Shown here: positions 36,392-47,240 of the stretch, piece after piece
How positions within the stretch are numbered: position 1 is the first letter of the stretch
Layout of the letters: each line of letters begins with the position of its first letter
Source: an uncultured Bryobacteraceae bacterium
Lineage (GTDB): Bacteria; Acidobacteriota; Terriglobia; Bryobacterales; Bryobacteraceae
NCBI GenBank assembly: GCA_955652915.1
Contig: CATPCJ010000247.1
Location: forward strand, 1-60,479
Direction of reading: 5' to 3'
Length of the DNA stretch: 60,479 nt
Position numbers and translations under genes: made by a program
The notes under the pieces: generated by a model
Seen by the model: the letters and a program-made list of their open reading frames with translations, nothing else
Database searches by the model: none
Told to the model about the DNA's origin: nothing

Positions 36392-37751
36392 ATTTGATGA
36401 TGTTAATCAGCGTTTCCGTCAGAGTATTCAGAACGCCGATCATCTTCGAGGTGGCCTCGAAAGAACGCTGAAAAGCGACCAGATGTTCGGCTTCTTCATT
36501 CAGCGAAACCCCCGAAACCTGGGATCGCAGTTGCTGCGTCTGACTCAGTAGTAGTTGCGCGGTGGACCGATTGTTCCTGGCCAAGGATAGATCGCCGCCT
36601 ACGCGTCCCCCCAAGTTTCCGTAGAATTGCGCAAAGGTGTAGCCGTTTATGCTTTTCGCATCCGCCAGAGCGGCCAAGTTTAGCGCGTTTCCGTTTCCTC
36701 CGGCGGCGCCGGGTGAAGCAGCCGCGATTTGGTCCGGCGTGAGCGGATTTGCCGCCAGGGACACAGCCGCCCCCACAACCGGGTCGTAAGTGAACAGATT
36801 TGTGGTGGGCGCCGCTCCATTTTGGTCGATGCCTTGCGCGAGCGTGGTGTTCACTTTATCGGCCACGCCCTGAGCCAGAGTATTGAGGTCGGTGATGTAC
36901 GAAGGAATGACAGTATTCCTGTCTTCCAGCAAAGCTCCCAATTCCCCTCCCGTCAATTGACCGCTGATGTCGTTGCCGGTGCTGCTCAAGATCTTGGTTC
37001 GCGACGTAGAGAAATCGCCCTGGATAGCATAGGACCGATCGTTTGTCACCAGCGCCGTCTGTCCGCCAATGTACACGGCAACAGAGCCGTCCGGCTGCTG
37101 CAAAGTGGTGAAGTTCACCAGTTGCGATAGTTCCTCGAGGGACGAATTCAATTGCGCATCCACGCCGGCGTCGCTGCTCCCCGCCCTTCCCGACTGGTTG
37201 TGAACGTTGATTTGGGCGATTACCGTGGCCAGATGATTGATCGCGTCAATAGCGCCGCGCGACTCGCGATCCAGGCTCGATTCTTGCGAGAGCAAACCGG
37301 ACGCCGCGCCTCGAAAATTCTCCCCTACTATGCCTGCCTGCTGCACCACTGCTTGGCGTGACACGGTGTCGTTCGGATTGATACTGAGTCTCGAAAAACT
37401 CTGAAACAAGGTGCTAAGGGACGGCGCGATCCCCGAAGTTCCCGATAGGCTGAAGGATGTTTCCAGCGGCGTGAGATTCGTGGTCTTTTGATTGGAAAAG
37501 CCAAATCCAGTTTGCTGATCCCGAACGGCGCGTTCGGCATACCCATCGCGTGAACTCACCACCGGACCCGCCCGTACTCCACCCGGTAGCCCGACAGTGA
37601 GGTCAAATGGCAGGGCATCAAAAGACTGGACCTGTTTAACGAATCCCGGCGTGGACGCGTTCGTGACGTTATTCTGTGTCACCGCCAGCGCCTGTTCATA
37701 GGCCCGCAGTCCATTGGCGGAGTTGAGCAACGAAGTGAATAGACTACCCAT
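36390..37751 (-). CDS. flgK: Flagellar hook-associated protein 1
   Basis: QNNVTNASTPG, SGVSLNEE, FQRSFEA; start MGSLF at 37751 overlaps the upstream stop. Confidence 0.95.
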   Translation of the reverse strand: MGSLFTSLLNSANGLRAYEQALAVTQNNVTNASTPGFVKQVQSFDALPFDLTVGLPGGVRAGPVVSSRDGYAERAVRDQQTGFGFSNQKTTNLTPLETSFSLSGTSGIAPSLSTLFQSFSRLSINPNDTVSRQAVVQQAGIVGENFRGAASGLLSQESSLDRESRGAIDAINHLATVIAQINVHNQSGRAGSSDAGVDAQLNSSLEELSQLVNFTTLQQPDGSVAVYIGGQTALVTNDRSYAIQGDFSTSRTKILSSTGNDISGQLTGGELGALLEDRNTVIPSYITDLNTLAQGVADKVNTTLAQGIDQNGAAPTTNLFTYDPVVGAAVSLAANPLTPDQIAAASPGAAGGNGNALNLAALADAKSINGYTFAQFYGNLGGRVGGDLSLARNNRSTAQLLLSQTQQLRSQVSGVSLNEEAEHLVAFQRSFEATSKMIGVLNTLTETLINIIK

Positions 37752-38130
37752 GCACCACCAACCCCGTGGAGTCTGCCGGAATGGGCCGGCCAGACTTGCC
37801 ACGCGCGCTGTAGCTAGCGGTGTCATCCACCACCCTGGATGCCAAACGCGCCCAGCCTTGGTGGAAGTTGCCCGCGCTTTCGAACAACATCGTGACGTTC
37901 TGCAATTCTTGGCGCATGGCTGAGATTTCAAATTCGAGAGCGCGTTCTGAACCGGCGCCGCGCCAACCGCGCGAGGTCAGATCCAATTCGAGCCGCTGTA
38001 AAGAATCCACCGCTGTCATTAAATCCGATGCGCTGCTGTCTAAATTCCTCACAGTTGGACGAAGCAACTTTATCCGAACTTTTTCCAAACTCCGCCGCGC
38101 TTGCATTGCTCTTTCCAATTGAACGTTCAC
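37744..38130 (-). CDS. FlgN-like flagellar chaperone
   Basis: Helical protein with SYSARG tail, located between flgM and flgK. Confidence 0.55.
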   Translation of the reverse strand: MNVQLERAMQARRSLEKVRIKLLRPTVRNLDSSASDLMTAVDSLQRLELDLTSRGWRGAGSERALEFEISAMRQELQNVTMLFESAGNFHQGWARLASRVVDDTASYSARGKSGRPIPADSTGLVVHG

Positions 38131-38142
38131 TGTAAGTCCCGG

Positions 38143-38439
38143 CTACAGCGCATGCTTCGCGCCAAATCGAAGGTGATCTGCTATCACTCGACCGCTTACG
38201 TCGTGGGCGTCCACCCGGTAAGCGCCACTCCCCACCGCAGCCGCCAGATGGGACAGTTTTTGGAGTTGGGCTGGGGAGTTACCTTGAGCCGCGGCGAGAT
38301 GTGCGCCAAGATTAGAGAGCTGAACTTCATCGGCCGCAACCGATTGACCCGCAGGACCGCGGCGAGGCCCACTTTGGTTTGGTGTGATCTCCGGGGATTT
38401 GCTCAGTCCCGATATGTTGTTAGAATCGCTGATCTGCAT
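38143..38439 (-). CDS. flgM: Anti-sigma28 factor FlgM
   Basis: DEVQLS, AVGSGAYRVDA; gene order flgM-flgN-flgK. Confidence 0.85.
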   Translation of the reverse strand: MQISDSNNISGLSKSPEITPNQSGPRRGPAGQSVAADEVQLSNLGAHLAAAQGNSPAQLQKLSHLAAAVGSGAYRVDAHDVSGRVIADHLRFGAKHAL

Positions 38440-38571
38440 GGTTCCCCTTCATCAATGAGTCTGGCGCTCCGCTCCTATAGACTGTATCGGCGCGAGTACG
38501 CCTGATTCCATGGAATAAGTAAGAACGGGTTAGGGAGTATCTCTACGTTGTGGGAGGGGGATAAGGGGCGC

Positions 38572-38934
38572 TTAACGCTGCGCTTGCGCCGGGATTCCGA
38601 GCCAGCGATCCAGCAGGCTACGGCTGCCATCCTCGCGCTGTGGCCCTTTCGGGCTCGTGGTCACATTCATCTTAAGGTCATAATGCGCCAGCAGTTCGCC
38701 TGCATCGTACCCGATGGCCGCGGCGTACTGGCGAAGATAGCTGGTATTGAAGATGCCACCGGGAAGCTGGTCGAAGTCCTCCGCCTCAATGGCTCGGAGA
38801 AACCTTAAGCTAATCTTTGTGCCGGCGGCGATCTCTTCCAACGAGATGCCGGCCGTGTCCCGTAATCGTGACAAGCCGAGAGGGCGGACACATGCACTGC
38901 AAGGCGGTGCGGGGGCACCGGTTTTTGGTGGCAT
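38572..38934 (-). CDS. HTH_25 (RodZ N-terminal-like) protein
   Basis: GISLEEIAAGTKISLRFLRAIE.EDFDQLPGGIF..SYLRQYA. Confidence 0.85.
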   Translation of the reverse strand: MPPKTGAPAPPCSACVRPLGLSRLRDTAGISLEEIAAGTKISLRFLRAIEAEDFDQLPGGIFNTSYLRQYAAAIGYDAGELLAHYDLKMNVTTSPKGPQREDGSRSLLDRWLGIPAQAQR

Positions 38935-39196
38935 ATTGATCCTAGAATAGTACTTACTGCGTAAGGGTCTATGATAACCCATCTGTCAAGTGCAAGACAT
39001 TATGAAAATATCTTAAAGCTCTGCCAGGGACCACGTACGACCTCAGAAGTAGAGCTACTACAACCGACAGGCACTCTTTGACTGGTTCAACAACCTCAAA
39101 ACAACCGTTTTTTTCGGCTTCGTTCGTACTTTCCTAGAACGAAATCGGTCGTCCATCCCGTATCATAATAAAAGAACCCAGCAGGGAGGATTGTTA

Positions 39197-40528
39197 ATGC
39201 GCTTACTTGGACTATCTCTTGGAACCGTGGCTTTGATTTCCGCAGCCACCGCCCCGCCACCAGTCACCTTTTACAAGGATGTGTTACCGGTCTTACAGAA
39301 AAACTGCCAGACCTGTCACCGTCCGGGCGAAGCCGCCCCTATGTCCTTTTTGAACTACGAAACAGCCCGTCCATGGGCGAAGGGCATCAAGACGGCGGTT
39401 GTCACTAAGAAAATGCCGCCGTGGTACGCCGATCCGCATTACGGCAAGTTCTCCAATGACCGATCCCTCTCACAGGCGGAAATTGACACGCTGGTATCCT
39501 GGGCGGACACCGGGGCACCGGCGGGCAATCCCAAAGACGCTCCCAAGCCGGCCGAATGGTTAGAAGGCTGGCGCATCAGTAAGCCGGACGCGGTTCTCTC
39601 CATGTCGGTGCCATTCAATGTGCCGGCGTCGGGCACAATCGATTATCAGTACATTGTGATCCCGACTGGCTTTACCGAAGACAAGTATGTCCAGCTTGCC
39701 GAGGCTCGGCCGGGCAATCCCGCGTTGGTTCACCACATCATCGCGTTCATCCGCGAGCCGGGCAGCCCCTGGCTAAAGGATGCCAAACCCGGTATACCTG
39801 TGGTTCCGCGCGAGCGGCAGCGTCAGGCCGAAGCGTCCGGCAATCAGAACAAGAACCAGGACGGCGGCGGATTTGGCGGCGACTTCTTAGCCGGTTACGC
39901 TCCTGGCACATTGCCCAACACGCTGAAGCCCGGTCAGGCCAAGCTGGTGAAAGCCGGCTCCGACATCGTGCTGCAGATGCACTACACGGCCAACGGGACT
40001 GCGGGCTCGGATGTTTCGAAGATCGGTGTTGTTTTCGCGACCGTGAAGCCGACCGAACGCATTCTGACCCTGGCCGCCGTAAATGGCAACTTCGCCATTC
40101 CGCCGGGTGATCCGAACTATCGCGTGGATTCGAAGATCACCCTCCAAGACGATGCCACTCTGATCAATCTGTTGCCTCACATGCATTTCCGAGGCAAGGA
40201 TTTCGAATATCGCGTCACGTATCCGAGCGGCGAGAAGGAAACGCTCCTGGCCGTGCCCCACTACGATTTCAATTGGCAGCTTACCTACGATCTGGCGCAG
40301 CCCAAGTTATTGCCCAGGGGAACGGTGATTGAATGTACCGCCCACTTCGATAATTCGGCGAACAACAAATACAATCCCGATCCCACCAAGGAAGTTCACT
40401 TCGGTGAGCAAACCTGGGAGGAGATGATGTTCGGGTTCTTCGATGTGGCGGTTCCCATGAATAAGACGGTAATGGATCTGATGCGGCCGAAGAAGCCTGC
40501 GGCGGCACAAGCTGGTTCGGGGTTCTAA
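39197..40528 (+). CDS. Secreted cytochrome c plus copper type II (PHM-like) monooxygenase-domain protein
   Basis: Signal peptide; CQTCH, MPPW, VHH, QMHY, PHMH, WEEMM. Confidence 0.8.
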   Translation: MRLLGLSLGTVALISAATAPPPVTFYKDVLPVLQKNCQTCHRPGEAAPMSFLNYETARPWAKGIKTAVVTKKMPPWYADPHYGKFSNDRSLSQAEIDTLVSWADTGAPAGNPKDAPKPAEWLEGWRISKPDAVLSMSVPFNVPASGTIDYQYIVIPTGFTEDKYVQLAEARPGNPALVHHIIAFIREPGSPWLKDAKPGIPVVPRERQRQAEASGNQNKNQDGGGFGGDFLAGYAPGTLPNTLKPGQAKLVKAGSDIVLQMHYTANGTAGSDVSKIGVVFATVKPTERILTLAAVNGNFAIPPGDPNYRVDSKITLQDDATLINLLPHMHFRGKDFEYRVTYPSGEKETLLAVPHYDFNWQLTYDLAQPKLLPRGTVIECTAHFDNSANNKYNPDPTKEVHFGEQTWEEMMFGFFDVAVPMNKTVMDLMRPKKPAAAQAGSGF

Positions 40529-40531
40529 ATC

Positions 40532-41845
40532 ATGAAGTACACCAAATTCTTAACATTCGGTTTGTTGGCCGCGGCCGCGGCTTGGGCGGCGAACGCGCGG
40601 CAACAAGTTACGTTCCACAAGGACGTCGCTCCCATCCTGCAGAGCCATTGTCAGGAATGCCATCGGCCCGGCGAGATCGCGCCGTTCTCATTGCTTTCCT
40701 ATACGGACGCGCGTCCGTGGGCCAAGGCGATCAAGTCGGACGTCGTCACCAAGAAGATGCCGCCGTGGTTTGCCGATCCGCGGTACGGCCACTTCGCGGA
40801 CGATCGCTCGCTCAGTAAACAGGAAATCGACACGCTGGTGGCGTGGGTAGATGGCGGCGCCAAGGAAGGCGATCTGAAAGATGCGCCCAAGCCCCGCCAG
40901 TACGTGGATGGATGGAACATTCCGAAGCCCGATCTGGTGCTGGACATGAACACCTTCCATATCCCGGCCAAGGGCGATATCCAGTATATGTATGTCGTGC
41001 TTCCAACGAAGTTCACGCAGGATCAATGGATCCAGGCGGCGGAAGCGCGGCCCAGCGATCGCACCGTGGTGCATCACGTGGTGATCTTTGTTCGCGATCC
41101 GGAATCCAAATGGCTTCGTGAAGCCGAGCCAGGTGTTCCCTATGTTCCGCCAGGCCATGGAAAGGATTTCAACAACACCTCCGGCGGCGGAAATGACATC
41201 CTCATGATCTATACGCCAGGCAAGGTGCCGGAAATGTGGCGGCCCGGCCTGGGCAAGATGATCAAGGCCGGTTCGGATCTGGTGCTGCAGATCCACTACA
41301 CGGCGAGCGGCAAGGAAACCGACGACCATACGAAAGTCGGACTTGTTTTCGCCAAGGAAAAGCCGACCGAGCGCGCGCTCACGATCGGTGGAAACAATCT
41401 CAGCTTTAAGATTCCGCCGGGCGATCCGAACTATCGCGTGGACGCCAAGAACGTGTTCCCGAACGGCGTGACGATTCTGAACTTCTTCCCGCATATGCAC
41501 GTGCGCGGGAAGGCGTTCGAATATCGCGCGGTTTATCCGGACGGAAAGAGCGAGGTTCTGCTGCGAGTGCCGAAGTACGACTTCTTCTGGCAACTCGATT
41601 ACACGCTAACCCAGCCATTGATTCTTCCTCCTGGATCGCGCATCGAAGTCACGGGGTGGTTTGACAACTCACCCAACAATCCGGCCAATCCCGATCCGAC
41701 GGCTACAGTTCGTTTCGGCGAACAGAGCTGGGAAGAGATGATGATCGGGTTCTATGATGTGGTGATGCCGGCGGACATGAGCATGAAAGAGTTCTTCACT
41801 CCGAAGAAGCCGGTCACCGCGCCAACCACGACCAGCGGCCAGTAG
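40532..41845 (+). CDS. Second cytochrome c plus PHM-like monooxygenase-domain paralog
   Basis: CQECH, MPPW, VHH, PHMH, WEEMM. Confidence 0.8.
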   Translation: MKYTKFLTFGLLAAAAAWAANARQQVTFHKDVAPILQSHCQECHRPGEIAPFSLLSYTDARPWAKAIKSDVVTKKMPPWFADPRYGHFADDRSLSKQEIDTLVAWVDGGAKEGDLKDAPKPRQYVDGWNIPKPDLVLDMNTFHIPAKGDIQYMYVVLPTKFTQDQWIQAAEARPSDRTVVHHVVIFVRDPESKWLREAEPGVPYVPPGHGKDFNNTSGGGNDILMIYTPGKVPEMWRPGLGKMIKAGSDLVLQIHYTASGKETDDHTKVGLVFAKEKPTERALTIGGNNLSFKIPPGDPNYRVDAKNVFPNGVTILNFFPHMHVRGKAFEYRAVYPDGKSEVLLRVPKYDFFWQLDYTLTQPLILPPGSRIEVTGWFDNSPNNPANPDPTATVRFGEQSWEEMMIGFYDVVMPADMSMKEFFTPKKPVTAPTTTSGQ

Positions 41846-41871
41846 GACAAGCCTCCGGCCGGTCAGCTCCA

Positions 41872-42537
41872 ATGAAGTTTGGGTTATTCCTATTTATCGT
41901 GGGCGTCGGCATTTCGCTGAGCGCCCACGATGTTTTTTCAACCAAGATTACCTGGTCGCGCGAGATCTCGCGCATAATCGACAAGCGCTGCGCATCCTGC
42001 CACCGCGAGGGCGGCTCATCCTTCGCCCTGACCACCTTCGAACAGGCTCGCCCTTGGGCTAAGGCAATCAAGGAAGAGGTGCTGGAACGCCGCATGCCCC
42101 CGTTTGGAGCGATCAAAGGCTTCGGGGACCTGGCCGACGACGAGGCCCTGACCCAGGAAGAGATTCATCTGATCGCGGATTGGGTGGAAGGCGGATCGCC
42201 GGAAGGCGATCCAGCATTGTTAGACAAAAATCCAGAATATGGTCCGCACTCGAAACGTAATCCGAAAACGGGAGCCGAAGTAGTGGTCCACGGCACTCTC
42301 ACGCTGAAGCATCCCCTGACCATCGCCGCTCTCCGTCCGAAGAATCTGAAACAAGGCAGTTCCGTAAAGGTCGTCGCCGATAGCCCGGCAAGCGCCATTG
42401 AGCCACTCCTTTGGGTCTATAACTATAGGCCCGAATTCGACCGCACTTACTACTTGCGAACGCCGCTCACACTGCCCGCCGGCGCCAGGATCGAGACGTT
42501 CCCGCCTGATTCGGACATTGCACTTTTCAGCAAATAG
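41872..42537 (+). CDS. Short cytochrome c paralog lacking the copper ligands
   Basis: CASCH, ARPWAKAIK, MPPF; C-terminus resembles the end of the paralogs (PLTLPAGARIE) without HH/HxH/M. Confidence 0.75.
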   Translation: MKFGLFLFIVGVGISLSAHDVFSTKITWSREISRIIDKRCASCHREGGSSFALTTFEQARPWAKAIKEEVLERRMPPFGAIKGFGDLADDEALTQEEIHLIADWVEGGSPEGDPALLDKNPEYGPHSKRNPKTGAEVVVHGTLTLKHPLTIAALRPKNLKQGSSVKVVADSPASAIEPLLWVYNYRPEFDRTYYLRTPLTLPAGARIETFPPDSDIALFSK

Positions 42538-43455
42538 CCGGACTTGCCCCTGTCGTCCGCATCCGGCGACTTTCCCGACCCGACGGTCTTCAGGCGCGTC
42601 TCGTCGAATTTGAAATTCTGCGTAGTGTAATCGCGAACCACCATGCTGCGCGCTTCAGTGAGCAGCATGCCGGTGGAGGCGGCCACTACGGCCAAACCGA
42701 ACTTGTTCGTTTCCAGAAATCGTCCGGCCTCGTCCAAGGCTTTCCGATTTTTCAGTTTCGCCGTATCCGGTTTGTCGAAAATCTTTACCGGGTCATACTC
42801 AAACTTCTTCAGCGATGGCTCCACCGGCAATTGAGCGATTTCGTGAGCGCGCATTTCGATCGAGTCTTATATCCACGCCTCTTGAAAAAGCCACGCAGGA
42901 AAAAGTTATGCTTCAATGCCTCCATGTTTTCCTGGAAAGCGGTAGCGCCCGCGGCCGCTTCGCGATAGATCGTCTTGTCGTTGACTAGCGCTCCCACATT
43001 ACCCTGCCTTCGTTCACTTGGGCGCTTGCCGATTTCAAATAGTCCGCCGCTCCCTCGATGTTCTCCACGGCTCCTTTGGTGCTGTCCAGGATGGTGCTGG
43101 TCTTTGCGATCGGATCTGAAATGTCGCGCGGAAGGGCACTAGCGATGGTATCCCCATTTCTTAATTTGGGCGCATCCGGCGATCCGAACGAGATCTCCAC
43201 CTACTTGTCGCCCAACAAGCCTTCCGGCTTGATGGACGCCACAGAATCGTTCTTGAGAACCTCGCTCGTCGCCCGGTACATGTCCATTACCACCGTGACT
43301 TTTTCATCGGCCGTTTCGGTAATTCAATGCGCTTGACCGTTCCTTCGTGGATTCCGCCGACGCGCATATCGGCGCCTTCCCGATTACCGATCAGGAATAC
43401 CCCGATAGCGAGGATGATCAGGCCGCACACAATAAAGAGACCTAAACGGTAGCCT
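42534..43455 (-). pseudogene. MlaD/MCE-family gene remnant with frameshifts, stops and deletions
   Basis: Fragments in different frames: RLGLFIVCGLIILAIGVFLIG, GADMRVGGIHEGTV, EISFGSP, FQENMEALKHNFFLRGFFKRRGY. Confidence 0.75.
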
Positions 43456-44211
43456 AGCGCTGTATTCGCTTGTACCCTGGATGACTTCCGGCTGCTTCAG
43501 GCAGCGTCTCTTTTTCCGGTTCTGCGCGACTCGTCAGCGTGGTTATATCTTTAATGATTAATGATTCGCCACCATGGGTAGGTCTTTTCAGGCCATCCCG
43601 CCAACTGGTGCGTCAGAATAGTCAAGTAATCACTATGCTATGGGGAGCATCTCTCGACGTACACCGGCATACACTCATCACTTTCTTGCAACTTCGTCAC
43701 GGCTTGGGCTTTTTATCACGATTTGTCGTTCTGATAAGAGTGTCGTTGAGCCGCCTCCTTTGGTTTGTTTTCGTGTTCCGTGGCCGGAAAATACGAAAGT
43801 AGTTGGCATCATCGACGCCGGCTGTCTGACTCCTGTCGGACGAAAGCGTTACGGCCGTCAAAGCTCTTTGAATAGTTGGATGGGCGGTGATATTTCATTT
43901 GAGTTTTTACTTGACTTCGCTACCGTCTTCACTTAGTCTTAAAATTAATTCGCAGCAATAGGCGAAGAGCACCGTTTGGATTCCTTCTTCCCCGCGTCCT
44001 GGGTCAGTCCTGTGGATGCGCCTCCCGCCGTGATGCGCGTTTGAAAGGTGTTGTTCATCATTTAAATAAAGGAAGGTGGCCCATGCTCAACGGTGGACTC
44101 GAAGTTTAACGTTCCGGTGCGCAGAAGGGTCTGGCTCTATGATTCCGGAGCTTTGCGCGCCTTCTCCAGGCCTGCCGAGTCCATGGATATTATCCTATCG
44201 GGGCGACACTC

Positions 44212-45156
44212 ATGGAACTATCAGACACGTGTACCATCTATGACTGGAATGGATCGCCGGAATTTCTGTTGTTTCGCACTCTTCCGGGGAGCAGGGTATT
44301 GACCGCAAGCATCGCTCAGCCCTGGCGTGACGTGGCACTCCAGATGAACCCGCAGTGCAAATTCTTCTTCTTTCACCTGAACGCGACGCTCACCTCCGGA
44401 TTCGTGGAAGGACGGGATGAGCTGACCGGCGAGCTGTCGCACCGCGGAATCCGCTGTTTCAACGCCGCCGCCACCAGCGTCTCCAAGCGGCTTCTACACG
44501 CAACTTGTCTGCGTTTGGGCCTGCCGGCTTCGCTTACCTCGCAGGAAGGCGACCCGGACGAGTTGGTCATTGTAAAAACGAACATGAACGCCGGCGGCGA
44601 GATCGAGTACCGGATGTTAGCGAAAGAGCGTGCCGCGTTGGGCATTGAAGAGCCCAGCCAAACACTGATGAGCCTTCGCGAAACGTTGCTGGCGCGTCGC
44701 GTCAGCGTCCAGAACATGTATCCCGTCCTGCCGCGCAAATCCGTTCCGGTGGAATGGTGGAACGATTCACAACTGGTGGTGGAGCGGTTCATCGAGAATC
44801 GCGAGCAACGCTTCTGCCGCATTCACTTCTTTCTGGATCAGATCAGCGTCGCGAACGCAATCTGCCGGACCACAGTCAAGAAGTTGCCCTATTGCGACGC
44901 CTGCACTCACTACCATTTCCACGGGAACTCTCCGGTCTCGGGCAGCATGCCTGAAGACCTCCCGGCTGGGCTCGTGCCGGCGGCGCGCGCGGTGTGGGAA
45001 GCGATGCAGTTGGAGTTCGGCGCGGTGGACGCCGTCTTCGATGACGATTCGCGATTCTTTTTTGTAGATATGAATCACACGCCATACGGTGGCAAATCGG
45101 AAGCGCACCCGGTATATTCCCACCTGCGGCATGCGCTTGTCGGCGCCGCGAACTGA
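44212..45156 (+). CDS. ATP-grasp-like hypothetical protein
   Basis: VIVKTNMNAGG, VVERFIE, LEFGAVD, FVDMNHTP. Confidence 0.6.
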   Translation: MELSDTCTIYDWNGSPEFLLFRTLPGSRVLTASIAQPWRDVALQMNPQCKFFFFHLNATLTSGFVEGRDELTGELSHRGIRCFNAAATSVSKRLLHATCLRLGLPASLTSQEGDPDELVIVKTNMNAGGEIEYRMLAKERAALGIEEPSQTLMSLRETLLARRVSVQNMYPVLPRKSVPVEWWNDSQLVVERFIENREQRFCRIHFFLDQISVANAICRTTVKKLPYCDACTHYHFHGNSPVSGSMPEDLPAGLVPAARAVWEAMQLEFGAVDAVFDDDSRFFFVDMNHTPYGGKSEAHPVYSHLRHALVGAAN

Positions 45157-45226
45157 CCAGACCAACCCCACTCGACCTCAACGACAGTAGAGCACTGTTG
45201 CCACCGTTACAAGGCAGGAGATTCAG

Positions 45227-46129
45227 CTATTTGAGTTCAGATACGGGGACCGTGAACGACGCCGTGTTTACGACGCCTTTGCGCTGGAACTGGACCCAGA
45301 TCTTGTAGGTACGCGCTCGCGGGAAGATGATGTTGAACTGCATCCGCGGCCCGCCATCGGCTATGAAGGGATGATCGTGGATCAGATCGATCAGGTCGTC
45401 GCTAGCCACCAGCATGTGTCCCCAAGCGCTCAGATATTGCTCGATGCCATCCGCCGGCTTGATGCGGAAGAAGAGCAGGGTTTTCGTGCCGGCGATCGGC
45501 TCCGGCGGATCCATCGCCAGTTCCACATCCATGTTCTCACAATGGCTGACGCCGAGCGCGGGCTTTAGATGCGGTTCAGCGACGCTGAGATCGCTACCTG
45601 CGGCGCCCGGTACGATTACCGTACGCGCGATCAATTGCGGGGTTCCGCCGGCGGGATAAAAGTCAGCGCCTACGCGATACATTCCCGGCTTGGGAAAAAC
45701 GGCGTCGAATACGAATGTGCCATCCGCTTGTGGTACGGGGTGATCGTGCAGGAAATACCCAAGGTCCTGGCTGACCACAAACATGTGGAAGAACTTATCG
45801 TGAACGATCTCGAAATGATCGACGGTTTTCCCGGTCTTGGGATCCCGCACGCGGAAGGTGAGTTGAACTTTGCCGCCGGCCTGGAACCTGCGGGGCGAAA
45901 TGGTGAGGTCCACGGGAAACTCGCTATCGCCGGGAACACCCAGCACCAGTTTCATGTGGCAGCGCGGGCAGTATCCCGGCTTGTCGGCGCGCACATCCTT
46001 GTCCATCGGACATACGTAATCGAGCGGGCCTTGCGCGAGCGGCGCAACGGCTTGCTTGTCGTCTGGAGCCGTCGTTTGCGCCACGGCGCACAGGCTCATG
46101 GAAAGCAGGAGCGACAGGAAGATCCGCAC
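45227..46129 (-). CDS. Secreted heavy-metal-binding domain protein
   Basis: YVCPMD...PGYCPRCHMKL; HDKFFH, HDHP, YLSAWGH. Confidence 0.8.
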   Translation of the reverse strand: MRIFLSLLLSMSLCAVAQTTAPDDKQAVAPLAQGPLDYVCPMDKDVRADKPGYCPRCHMKLVLGVPGDSEFPVDLTISPRRFQAGGKVQLTFRVRDPKTGKTVDHFEIVHDKFFHMFVVSQDLGYFLHDHPVPQADGTFVFDAVFPKPGMYRVGADFYPAGGTPQLIARTVIVPGAAGSDLSVAEPHLKPALGVSHCENMDVELAMDPPEPIAGTKTLLFFRIKPADGIEQYLSAWGHMLVASDDLIDLIHDHPFIADGGPRMQFNIIFPRARTYKIWVQFQRKGVVNTASFTVPVSELK

Positions 46130-46178
46130 GCTTCTATTATCTCAACAATTACCGCTCACCGATCACTAAAATGGAGCG

Positions 46179-47240
46179 ATGCAACGATTTTCCATCGCTG
46201 TCATTCCGGGCGACGGCGTCGGCCAGGAAGTGGTTCCGGCGGCGCTCCGCGTTTTGGAAGCCATCGGCCCGCGCTACGATGCAAGCTTCGATCTAAAAGC
46301 GTTCGATTGGGGCGCCGATTACTACTTCCACCATGGCCGCATGATGCCGGCCGATGCGCTGGAGCAGTTGCGTCCCATGGATGCGATTCTGCTCGGCGCC
46401 GTCGGCGATCCGCAGATACCGGACCACATCACGCTGAATGGATTGCTGCTGCCTATTCGCCGCGCCTTCGATCAATTCGCCAATGTTCGTCCCGCGATCC
46501 TGTACGACGGCGTCCCTTCGCCGCTGGCGCGGCCGGGCGCGATCGACATGGTGGTGGTGCGCGAAAATACCGAGGGCGAATATGCGCAGGTCGGCGGGTT
46601 CGTCTATCATCATCAACCGGAGGAAGTGGCCATTCAGACCGCCGTTTTCACGCGGCGCGGTATCGATCGCGTGGTACGGTTCGCTTTTGAGCTGGCGCGC
46701 AAGCGCAATAAGCAACGGCGCGTCACTTCCATCACCAAGTCCAATGCGCAGGGCTTCGGCATGGTGTTGTGGGACCGGGCGTTTCAAGCCGTCGCCTCGG
46801 AATATCCGGATATTGAAACCGAATCGCTGCTGGTGGACGCCGCCGCGATGAACTTTATCAGGCGTCCGGAAAGTTTTGACGTGGTGGTCGCTTCGAATCT
46901 GTTCGGGGATATCCTGAGCGACGTTTCGGCGATTCTGACCGGCAGCATCGGTCTGGCCCCCAGCGCGAATCTCGATCCTACGCGGCGCTTTCCTTCCATG
47001 TTCGAGCCCGTGCATGGATCGGCTCCCGGTATCGCCGGCAGGGGCATCGTGAATCCACTGGCGTCCATCTTGTCGGCGGGGATGATGCTCGAGCATCTGG
47101 GACTGGAGGAGGCCGGACGATCCGTGGAGCGGGCCGTGGCGGGTGTGTTGGCAGAGGGGAAATTCAAGACGCCGGATCTGGGCGGGACAAGTCACACGAA
47201 CGAGGTCACGAGCGCCGTGATCGACCGCATCGCCGGGTAA
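46179..47240 (+). CDS. Tartrate/D-malate/isopropylmalate dehydrogenase family enzyme
   Basis: IPGDGVGQEV, RENTEGEY, TKSNAQ, VASNLFGDILSD, FEPVHGSAP. Confidence 0.9.
   Translation: MQRFSIAVIPGDGVGQEVVPAALRVLEAIGPRYDASFDLKAFDWGADYYFHHGRMMPADALEQLRPMDAILLGAVGDPQIPDHITLNGLLLPIRRAFDQFANVRPAILYDGVPSPLARPGAIDMVVVRENTEGEYAQVGGFVYHHQPEEVAIQTAVFTRRGIDRVVRFAFELARKRNKQRRVTSITKSNAQGFGMVLWDRAFQAVASEYPDIETESLLVDAAAMNFIRRPESFDVVVASNLFGDILSDVSAILTGSIGLAPSANLDPTRRFPSMFEPVHGSAPGIAGRGIVNPLASILSAGMMLEHLGLEEAGRSVERAVAGVLAEGKFKTPDLGGTSHTNEVTSAVIDRIAG

Noticed and set aside
38484..38510. Sigma28 promoter upstream of flgM (GCCGATAC on the minus strand)
   Set aside because: Good -10 but no TAAA-like -35 at 15-nt spacing; too weak to list as a feature.
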